64,000 nt of DNA from an uncultured Acidobacteriaceae bacterium. GTDB taxonomy: Bacteria; Acidobacteriota; Terriglobia; Terriglobales; Acidobacteriaceae. The position numbers and the translations under genes were made by a program. The stretch spans positions 4,887-68,886 of the forward strand of contig CAWBHO010000108.1 in assembly GCA_963788415.1 (NCBI GenBank), given 5' to 3'. Positions 55,252-64,000 of the stretch are shown here, piece after piece; the stretch's first letter is position 1; each line of letters opens with the position of its first letter. Under the pieces are notes generated by a model. That model saw nothing but the letters and a program-made list of their open reading frames with translations, was not told the DNA's origin and ran no database searches.

Positions 55252-56697
55252 ATGAGCACTGAAGCAAAAACATTATTTGAAAAGGTCTGGCAGCAGCACG
55301 TGGTGGTCGCGCCCGAAGGCGAGCCCACGGTGCTCTACATCGACCTGCAACTGCTGCACGAGGTAACCTCGCCGCAGGCATTCGAGGGGCTGCGGCTGGC
55401 CGGCCGCAAGGTGCGCAGGCCCGACCGCTCGATCGCGACGGTGGACCACAATGTGCCGACGACGAAAGAAGGCCGGCTCAATATCGTGGATCAGATCGCG
55501 GCCAAACAGATTGCCACGTTGCGCGCCAATTGCGCCGAGTTCGGCATCGAGCTGTATGACGTGGATTCGCGCGACCAGGGCATCGTGCACGTGATCGGCC
55601 CGGAGCTGGGCATCACCAAGCCGGGCATGACCATCGTCTGCGGCGACTCGCACACCTCGACCCACGGCGCGTTCGGAGCGCTTGCGTTTGGCATCGGCAC
55701 CAGCGAAGTGGAGCACGTGCTGGCTACGCAGACCTTGCCGCAGTCCAAGCCGCAGACCTTTCGCATCAATGTCGACGGTGGGGTCGAAGGCGAGCTGCCG
55801 CGCGGCGTCACGGCCAAGGACATCATTCTTGCGATTATTGGCCAGATTGGAACCGATGGCGCGACCGGTTGCGTCGTCGAGTACGCCGGCTCGGCCATCC
55901 GTCATTTGTCGATGGAAGGCCGCATGACCATCTGCAACATGAGCATCGAGGCCGGGGCGCGCGCGGGCATGATCGCCCCGGACGAGACCACCTTCGCCTA
56001 TCTCAAGGGCCGCCGTTCGAGCCCCGCCGGCGTGGCGTGGGAGCAGGCCGTTCGCGAGTGGAGCAAGCTGCCCACCGATCCCGGCGCAAAGTTCGACCGC
56101 GAACTGGTGATCGACGCCTCCCAGCTAGCGCCGTACGTCAGTTGGGGCACCAGTCCGGGCATGGTGGCGCCGGTTACGGCCGTCGTTCCCGACCCGGCCG
56201 CGGCCTCGAACGAGCAGGAGCGCAAGGGCTTCGAGCGGGCTCTCGAATACATGGGCCTGAAGGCGGGAACGCCGCTCGAAGAGGTGATGGTAGATCGCGT
56301 TTTCATCGGCTCCTGCACCAACGGACGCATTGAGGACATGCGCGCCGCGGCGGGGATTGCCGCCGGCCACAAGGTTTCAGCGAAGGTGGGCGCGATGGTG
56401 GTTCCCGGCTCGCAGGCCGTGAAGGCGCAGGCCGAAAAAGAGGGTCTGGACCGCATCTTCATCGAAGCGGGCTTTGACTGGCGCGAGCCCGGCTGCTCCA
56501 TGTGCCTGGGCATGAACCCGGACATTCTTTCGCCCGGCGAGCGCTGCGCCTCGACCAGCAACCGCAACTTCGAGGGACGCCAGGGCCGCGGCGGACGCAC
56601 GCATCTGGTCTCGCCGGAGATGGCCGCGGCAGCCGCCATTGCCGGCCATTTCGTGGATATTCGCAACTGGCCCGTACTGAAGGAGGTAAAAGGCTGA
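55252..56697 (+). CDS. leuC: 3-isopropylmalate dehydratase large subunit
   Basis: [41 protein letters not shown]. Confidence 0.97.
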   Translation: MSTEAKTLFEKVWQQHVVVAPEGEPTVLYIDLQLLHEVTSPQAFEGLRLAGRKVRRPDRSIATVDHNVPTTKEGRLNIVDQIAAKQIATLRANCAEFGIELYDVDSRDQGIVHVIGPELGITKPGMTIVCGDSHTSTHGAFGALAFGIGTSEVEHVLATQTLPQSKPQTFRINVDGGVEGELPRGVTAKDIILAIIGQIGTDGATGCVVEYAGSAIRHLSMEGRMTICNMSIEAGARAGMIAPDETTFAYLKGRRSSPAGVAWEQAVREWSKLPTDPGAKFDRELVIDASQLAPYVSWGTSPGMVAPVTAVVPDPAAASNEQERKGFERALEYMGLKAGTPLEEVMVDRVFIGSCTNGRIEDMRAAAGIAAGHKVSAKVGAMVVPGSQAVKAQAEKEGLDRIFIEAGFDWREPGCSMCLGMNPDILSPGERCASTSNRNFEGRQGRGGRTHLVSPEMAAAAAIAGHFVDIRNWPVLKEVKG

Positions 56698-57317
56698 TGG
56701 AACCCTTTCGCACGCTGACCGCAGTGGCCGCGCCTCTGGACCGGGCAAATGTGGATACGGACCAGATCATTCCCAAGCAGTTTTTGAAGCGCATCGAGCG
56801 CACCGGCTACGGCGACTTTCTCTTTTTCGACTGGCGGCGCACGCCCTCGGGCGATCCCGACCCGGAGTTTGTGCTCAACGACCCGCGTTACAAGAGCGCG
56901 CAAATTCTCGTCGCGGGCAAGAACTTCGCCTGCGGATCGAGCCGCGAGCACGCCGCGTGGGCGCTGTCCGACTTCGGCTTCCGGGTGGTGATCGCGCCTA
57001 CCTTTGCCGACATTTTCTTCTCGAATGCGGGCAAGAACGGGATTGTTCTGGTCCGGCTGGGCGAAGAGCAGGTCGCCCAACTGCTGGCGAACGCAAGGAC
57101 GATTCCCGGCTATCAACTGACCGTCTCGCTCGAAGCTCAGACGGTCACCGACAGCCAGGGATTCAAGGCCAGCTTCGAGGTGGACCCGTTCCGCAAGTTC
57201 TGCCTGCTGGAAGGTCTCGACGACATCGGCCTCACGCTGCGCCACGCGGCGGCGCTCGACAGCTTTGAAGCAAAGCACGACGAAGCAGGCTGGCTGAAAG
57301 CAAAAGGCAGCTTCTAG
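56697..57317 (+). CDS. leuD: 3-isopropylmalate dehydratase small subunit
   Basis: NVDTDQIIPKQFL, NFACGSSREHA, GLDDIGLTL; TGATG overlap. Confidence 0.96.
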   Translation: MEPFRTLTAVAAPLDRANVDTDQIIPKQFLKRIERTGYGDFLFFDWRRTPSGDPDPEFVLNDPRYKSAQILVAGKNFACGSSREHAAWALSDFGFRVVIAPTFADIFFSNAGKNGIVLVRLGEEQVAQLLANARTIPGYQLTVSLEAQTVTDSQGFKASFEVDPFRKFCLLEGLDDIGLTLRHAAALDSFEAKHDEAGWLKAKGSF

Positions 57318-57458
57318 CTCCTAGCCGCCAGCTATTCATGCAGAATCGAGCGGCATTGGCAGGAAAGATCAGTAACGGGATGGAATGCGCCTGTGTAGGG
57401 CGCAAATGTTCACCGCACCACCAACCAGCTAGCAGCTAGAGGCTAGGAGCTAGAAGCT
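57309..57458. repeat. Inverted tandem-heptamer element D, leuD-ilvD
   Basis: 57309-57326 is the exact reverse complement of 57441-57458. Confidence 0.88.
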
Positions 57459-57485
57459 CGACAAGACAAGGTTACAAAGGACACT

Positions 57486-59160
57486 ATGACGACTGAAGGC
57501 AAGCGCAATAGCATTCCATTGACCGAAGGACCGAGCCGGGCCGCGGCACGCTCCTATCTGCGCGGTTCCGGATTCTCAAAAGAAGATCTGCACAAGCCCA
57601 TCATTGGCATCGCCAACACCTGGACGGAGATCGGCACCTGTAACATGCACCTGCGCGGGATCGCGGAGGAGCTGAAGAAAGGTATTCGCGAGGCCGGCGG
57701 CACGCCGATGGAGTTCAACACCATCACCATTCACGACGGCCTTACGATGGGCACCGAGGGCATGAAGGCCTCACTGGTCTCGCGCGAAGTGATCGCCGAC
57801 TCGATTGAGTTAGTGGCGCGCGGCAACCTCTTCGACGGCATGGTGGGCATCGGCGGCTGCGACAAGAATATGCCCGGCATCATCCTGGCCCTCTGCCGGC
57901 TGGACATTCCTGGCATGATGCTCTACGGCGGGTCGATTGCGCCGGGCAAGCTCGAACGGTGCCGACATTACCATTCAGGACGTCTTCGAGGGCATCGGCT
58001 CGTTCGCCGCCGGGCGCATCGACGAAGCCGGCCTGGAGGCTCTGGAAGCCAACGCCTGCCCTGGCGCGGGCGCTTGCGGCGGCCAGTTCACAGCCAACAC
58101 CATGGCCATGTCGGCAGAGATTCTGGGCATCGCGCCCATCAAGCTCTCCGGCGTTCCAGCCACATCGCCGGACAAGCCAGCCGCCACCCGCGAGGCCGGC
58201 CGCATTTTGATGGACGCCGTGCGCGCCAACCGTCGCCCCTCCCAGATCATCACCCGCAAATCCCTTGAAAATGCGATCGCCAGCGTGGCCGCCAGCGGCG
58301 GTTCGACGAATGCGGTCCTGCATCTTCTGGCCATTGCGCGGGAGATGAACATTCCGCTGAACATCGAGGACTTCGACGTCATCAGCAAGCGCACGCCCTA
58401 CATCTGTTCGCTCACTCCGGCGGGCAAGTTTGTCGCCTCGGACTATCAGGCAGCCGGCGGTTCGCGCCTGCTCGCCCAGCGGCTCATCAAGGCCGGCCAC
58501 GCTGACGGTTCGGCTCTCACCATCAGCGGCAAGACGCTGGCCGAAGAGGCCGCGCTGGCCGAAGAGACGCCCGCGCAGCAGGTCATCGGCACCTTCGAGA
58601 AGCCCATCAAGCCCAACGGCGGCCTGGTGATTCTCAAAGGAAATCTCGCGCCCGAGGGCTGCGTGATGAAGATCGCCGCGGCCAACAAATACGAGCATCG
58701 CGGCCCGGCGCGCGTCTTCGACAACGAGGAAGCCTGCTTCGCGGTGGTGCAGGCGGGCGGCATCAAGCCCAATGACGTCGTCGTCATCCGTTACGAAGGC
58801 CCCAAGGGCGGGCCGGGCATGCGCGAGATGCTGCAGGTGACGGCGGCCATCAGCTCGAATGCCGAACTCAGCGCGCATGTAGCGCTGCTCACCGACGGCC
58901 GCTTTTCCGGCGCAACCCGCGGATTCACCGCCGGCCACGTGGCTCCGGAAGCGTTCGTGGGCGGGCCCATCGCCGCCGTGCGCGAGGGCGACATCATCCA
59001 TTTCGACATTCCCAACCGCAAGCTGACGCTCGAAGTCAGCGAGGAAGAAATCGCCGCGCGTCTCAAGGGCTTCAAGCCTCCGGCCCTGCGCTGGCCCAGG
59101 GGCGTCTTCCGCAAATATGTGGACCGCGTAAGCTCGGCCTCCGAAGGCGCGACGACGTAA
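57486..59160 (+). CDS. ilvD: Dihydroxy-acid dehydratase (frameshift near 57955)
   Basis: CNMHL, GCDKN, CGGQFTANTM, GGSTN, GPGMREM, TDGRFSG, GHVAPEA. Confidence 0.95.
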
Positions 59161-59164
59161 ACAC

Positions 59165-59279
59165 AGCTCTTAGCTATCAGCTATCTGCCTTCAGCTAAGA
59201 GCCATTAGCGAAGGAGCAGAAACAGCGGTTGGCATCACCGGGCAACAAGCTGACAGCTGACAGCTGATAGCTGACAGCT
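59165..59279. repeat. Inverted tandem-heptamer element E, ilvD-ilvB
   Basis: Left AGCTCTT-AGCTATC-AGCTATC-TGCCTTC-AGCT; right (AGCTGAY)x4-AGCT then AAGGAG. Confidence 0.85.
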
Positions 59280-59295
59280 CGAAAAGGAGTCACAC

Positions 59296-61062
59296 ATGGG
59301 AACCAACGCCAACACGGATGCATCCAACGCCTTGCTCGCCACCCCCACCCGCCTGACCGGCGCTGAGATCGTCTGGGCCACGCTGGTGGGCGAGGGCGTT
59401 ACGCAGGTCTTCGGCTACCCCGGCGGCGCCATCCTGCCGGTCTATGACGCGCTGCGCAAGTTTCCCATCCACCACACGCTCGTTCGCCATGAGCAGGGCG
59501 CATCGCACATGGCCGACGGCTATGCGCGGGCATCGGGCAAGGTGGGCGTCTGCATCGCCACCAGCGGCCCCGGCGCCACAAATCTGGTCACCGGCATTGC
59601 CACCGCCATGCTGGACTCGATTCCCGTGGTCTGCATCACCGGCAACGTCTCCAGCAAGGTGCTGGGCACGGACGCCTTTCAGGAAGTGGACATCACCGGC
59701 ATCACGCTGCCGGTGACCAAGCACAACTTCCTCATCATCCGCGCCGAAGACATTGCCCCGGCGATCCGCTACGCCTTTCAGATTGCCCAATCCGGCCGCC
59801 CCGGCCCGGTGTTGGTGGACATCACCAAAGACGCGCAGCAGGCGACGGCCATCTTCGACTTCGAAGCCGCCAAGCCGCGAGCGCATCGGCCCCATCCAAT
59901 GCTCCGCGTGGAAGAGTCCGGTCTGGAGCAGGCAGCCGAACTGATCCAGCACGCCAAGCGGCCTGTGATTCTGGCCGGCCACGGCGTCTCCGAGTCCGGC
60001 GCGATGGAGCAACTGCGCACCCTGGCCGAGCGCGCCGGGATTCCCGTGGCGCTCACGCTGCTGGGCCTGGGCAACTTCCCCGCCTCGCACCCGCTCAATC
60101 TGGGCATGATGGGCATGCACGGCGAATCCTGGGTCAATCACGCCATCCAGGAGGCCGACCTGCTGATTGCCTGCGGCATGAGGTTCGACGATCGCGTCAC
60201 CGGCACCATCGCGACCTATGCCACCAAGGCCAAAAAGATTCATATCGAGGTGGACCCCGCCGAGGTGAACAAGAACATCCGGGTGGACGTTGCTCTGATC
60301 GGTGATCTGCGCGCTGTGCTTGAAGATTTACTGCCCCGCATTCCCAGCCGCGACGGCTCGGCCTGGATCAGGACCATCGAAGCGAGCAAGGGCGCCGTGG
60401 CGGTGCGCGACATCAAGAACCTGCCCGACTCCGGCCACCTCTACGCGGCCCACGTGATGCACGACCTGTGGCGCATCACCGGCGGCGACGCCATCGTGGT
60501 CACCGACGTGGGCCAGCATCAGATGTGGGAGGCGCAGTACTTTCACCACGAGCGCCCGCGCACTCTGATCACCTCCGGCGGCCTGGGAACGATGGGTTTT
60601 GGCCTGCCCGCCGCCATCGGGGCCAAGTTCGCCTGCCCGGACAAGGAAGTCTGGGTCATCGCCGGCGACGGCGGCTTCCAGATGACCGCCTCCGAGCTTT
60701 CCACCATCGCCCAGGAAGGCATCAAGATCAACATCGCCATCATCAACAACGGCTATCTGGGCATGGTGCGCCAGTGGCAGGAATTCTTCTACGAGCGCAA
60801 CTACGAGGCCACGCCGCTGGTCTCGCCCGACTTCGTCAAGCTGGCCGAGGCTCACGGCCTTCAGGGCCGGGCGGTTCGAACCCGCGCCGATGTGGCCTCC
60901 GCTGTCGACGAGGCTCGCTCCGCGCCGGGCACGTTCCTGCTCAACTTCATGGTCGAGAAAGAGGAGGCGGTCTATCCCATGATTCCCGCCGGCAACGCGC
61001 TGCACGAGATGATCCGCCGCCCCGGAAAAGATCCGCTGGTGGAATCGCCGGAAGACAAGTAA
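59296..61062 (+). CDS. ilvB: Acetolactate synthase large subunit
   Basis: FGYPGGA, RHEQG, TSGPGATN, RFDDRV, DVGQHQMW, GDGGFQM, GMVRQWQ. Confidence 0.96.
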   Translation: MGTNANTDASNALLATPTRLTGAEIVWATLVGEGVTQVFGYPGGAILPVYDALRKFPIHHTLVRHEQGASHMADGYARASGKVGVCIATSGPGATNLVTGIATAMLDSIPVVCITGNVSSKVLGTDAFQEVDITGITLPVTKHNFLIIRAEDIAPAIRYAFQIAQSGRPGPVLVDITKDAQQATAIFDFEAAKPRAHRPHPMLRVEESGLEQAAELIQHAKRPVILAGHGVSESGAMEQLRTLAERAGIPVALTLLGLGNFPASHPLNLGMMGMHGESWVNHAIQEADLLIACGMRFDDRVTGTIATYATKAKKIHIEVDPAEVNKNIRVDVALIGDLRAVLEDLLPRIPSRDGSAWIRTIEASKGAVAVRDIKNLPDSGHLYAAHVMHDLWRITGGDAIVVTDVGQHQMWEAQYFHHERPRTLITSGGLGTMGFGLPAAIGAKFACPDKEVWVIAGDGGFQMTASELSTIAQEGIKINIAIINNGYLGMVRQWQEFFYERNYEATPLVSPDFVKLAEAHGLQGRAVRTRADVASAVDEARSAPGTFLLNFMVEKEEAVYPMIPAGNALHEMIRRPGKDPLVESPEDK

Positions 61063-61556
61063 TCAGAGATCAGAGATCAGGGGTCAGAGATCAGAGATCA
61101 GTTTCTCCGCGGGTTAGTAAGAGGTGATTTTTCATGGCGCACTCGTTTCGGGATTTGGTGGTTTGGCAGAGATCGATGCAGCTCACGGTTGCAGTCTATC
61201 GAATCACGCAGAGCTTCCCGCGCGAAGAACTGTACGGACTGACCAGCCAAATTAGACGTTCGGCGGTCTCTGTGCCAAGCAACATCGCGGAAGGGCATGG
61301 AAGGTTGAACACGGGCGAGTTCCGGCAATTTCTCGGCATCGCACGCGGCTCGAACTTCGAGTTGCAAACGCAATTGGAAATCGCTCGTGCACTTCAGTTC
61401 GGAAACTCCAAACTGCTCGATGAAGCTGAAGGTTTGTCTCACGAGGTTGGAAAGATGCTTTACGCAACTTTGGAATCGATCAAGAGCTAGGGTCTCAACT
61501 GCAGGTCACACTGATCTCTGATCCCTGATCTCTGATCTCTGATCTCTGATCTCTGA
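61062..61556. repeat. Inverted tandem-heptamer element F, enclosing four-helix-bundle gene
   Basis: Left ~6x ATCAGAG at 61062-61102; right ~6.5x CTGATCT at 61510-61556. Confidence 0.92.
61134..61490 (+). CDS. Four helix bundle protein (23S rRNA intervening-sequence protein family)
   Basis: SFRDLVVWQRSM, FPREELYGLTSQIRRSAVSVPSNIAEG, FLGIARGS; GAGG RBS; lower GC than flanks. Confidence 0.93.
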   Translation: MAHSFRDLVVWQRSMQLTVAVYRITQSFPREELYGLTSQIRRSAVSVPSNIAEGHGRLNTGEFRQFLGIARGSNFELQTQLEIARALQFGNSKLLDEAEGLSHEVGKMLYATLESIKS

Positions 61557-61566
61557 AAGGCTCTTT

Positions 61567-62147
61567 ATGCTGCACACATTCGTCGCTTACGTAGAAGACC
61601 TGCCGGGCGTGCTGACGCGCGTGGCCTCGCTCTTCCGCCGCCTGAACATCAACATCACTCGCTCACCGTGGGCCGCAGCGAGCGCGCGGGCCTGTCGCGC
61701 CTCACGCTGGTCTGCGAGGCCTCGGCCGAAGCCGGCCACCGCGTCCGAGCCAGCCTGTTCAAGCTGGAGAATGTGGTCGATGTGGACGACATTGCACAGG
61801 CTCCGGCAGTGACCCGCGAACTGGCGCTCATCAAGGTGGCCGCCACGCCCCACACCCGGTCGCAGATCTTCGAGCTGGTCGAGGTCTTTCGCGCCCGCAT
61901 CGTGGACCTGGCGCCAGAGTCGCTTATGATTGAGATGACCGGCGTCGAAAGCAAGATTGAAGGGCTCGTGCAGGTTCTCAACGAGAGCGACGCGGGCATT
62001 CTGGAAATCTGCCGCAGCGGCAAGCTCACCATGCGCCGCGGCCATCACACCAGCCGGGTACTGAAGGCCATGGGCGCGGACCCGGATGAGCCTGTCGAGC
62101 CGTACGAGAAATCCCTTGAAGAAAGTACGGCTGGTGAGCCGGAATAG
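61567..62147 (+). CDS. ilvN: Acetolactate synthase small subunit (frameshift near 61655)
   Basis: VEDLPGVLTRVASLFRRLNINI, RELALIKV, FRARIVD, ILEICRSG. Confidence 0.9.
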
Positions 62148-62204
62148 CGGTTGACCCGCGGTTTTCAAGGGGCGCGGCTTCGGCCATCCCCTGACACCGA
62201 TTGA

Positions 62205-63305
<1,101 letters not shown>

Positions 63306-63321
63306 GCACAGCTTCAATCAC

Positions 63322-63360
63322 AAAAACGCCGGGGGGCCCCAAGCCTCCGGCGTTTTTTTT
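63322..63360. terminator. Bidirectional intrinsic terminator
   Basis: AAAAACGCCGGGGG...CCTCCGGCGTTTTTTTT. Confidence 0.85.
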
Positions 63361-63419
63361 CTGAGGAACGCATCCGGTCGCCCTCTTCCCGGCCGGACAC
63401 GCGTTCTGGATTTATCGCC

Positions 63420-64000
63420 TCACAGAATCTTCTTCCCGAAGATCGAGCAGGCCAGTTCCACGGCCAGGTCGGCCGTGCGGTTGTGTTCGTCGATCACCGG
63501 GTTGACCTCGACGATCTCGAAGCTGAGCAGGCGGCCGTGGTCGGCGATGATCTCCATGGCCAGATGAGCCTCGCGGTAGGTGGCGCCGCCGCGGACCGGG
63601 GTGCCCACGCCGGGCGCATCCTCGGGGTCGATCCAGTCCATGTCCAGCGAGACATGGTAGCCGGCGGTGCCGCGTCCGGCCAGGCGCAGCGCCTCTTCCA
63701 TGACCGTTCTCAGGCCGCGCTCGTCGATGTCCCGCATGGTGTAAACCGCGGCCACGCCAGCGCGGCGAATATTCTCCCGCTCGGCGGCGTCGATGTCCCG
63801 CACGCCCACCAACACCGTGTTCTCGGCCGCGATCTTGGGCGCGTAGCCGAAGATCTTCGTCAGCCGCTCGGCTCCCATGCCCAGCAGCGCCGCCAGCGGC
63901 ATTCCATGCACATTGCCCGAGGGCGAGGTCTCGGGCGTGTTGATGTCGGCGTGGGCGTCGAGCCAGATCACACCGATCTTCTCTTCCCGGCGGCGGTAGA
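63420..64000 (-). CDS. rocF: Arginase (partial; 5' end outside window)
   Basis: WLDAHADIN, SGNVHGMP, SLDMD, PGVGTPV, EVNP. Confidence 0.92.
   Translation of the reverse strand, partial: YRRREEKIGVIWLDAHADINTPETSPSGNVHGMPLAALLGMGAERLTKIFGYAPKIAAENTVLVGVRDIDAAERENIRRAGVAAVYTMRDIDERGLRTVMEEALRLAGRGTAGYHVSLDMDWIDPEDAPGVGTPVRGGATYREAHLAMEIIADHGRLLSFEIVEVNPVIDEHNRTADLAVELACSIFGKKIL

Noticed and set aside
57334-57440. Leader-peptide attenuator in the element D spacer
   Set aside because: The short ORF MQNRAALAGK... has no Leu/Ile/Val run and no terminator
61134-61490. Complete diversity-generating retroelement
   Set aside because: No reverse transcriptase and no template/variable repeat pair visible in the window
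52496-61556. Heptamer elements as a CRISPR array
   Set aside because: Arms are inverted tandem 7-mers separated by whole genes; there is no direct repeat-spacer series and no cas gene
738-62147. Programmed frameshifting or real pseudogenisation of zwf, rpiB, tkt, yvcK, ilvD, ilvN
   Set aside because: Scattered 1-bp indels with no shared slippery motif in otherwise intact genes; sequencing error is more likely

Overview
GC-rich bacterial chromosome segment, most likely Acidobacteriota/Terriglobia (inferred from gene content and repeat types; no search was run). In order: a pentose-phosphate operon (tkt-rpiB-HAD-zwf), sodA and tRNA-Leu(TAA). A ~15 kb decayed island follows (2x IS701, IS630, IS3, 2x IS4, IS5 and IS110/IS1111 remnants, plus truncated integrase, response regulator, RND adaptor and ECF sigma). 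Then pckG, an S53 peptidase, yvcK, a PEP-CTERM protein, truB, folE with two PTPS genes, tRNA-Arg(ACG), TonB, ileS-lspA, an M1 aminopeptidase, and a LysR gene divergent from leuA-leuB-leuC-leuD-ilvD-ilvB-ilvN-ilvC, ending in a partial arginase. Many housekeeping genes carry 1-bp indels that look like long-read errors. Three signals stand out. (1) Six intergenic elements are built from inverted arms of tandem 7-mers. Five sit between a stop codon and the next RBS, and one of these encloses a four-helix-bundle (IVS-protein/Avd-like) gene. (2) ileS contains an in-frame ~320 bp AT-rich patch that is still IleRS-like. (3) A near-consensus promoter drives a candidate ~95-nt structured RNA convergent on an orphan gene, a possible RNA-antitoxin module. 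All coordinates, counts and pairings were read by hand.
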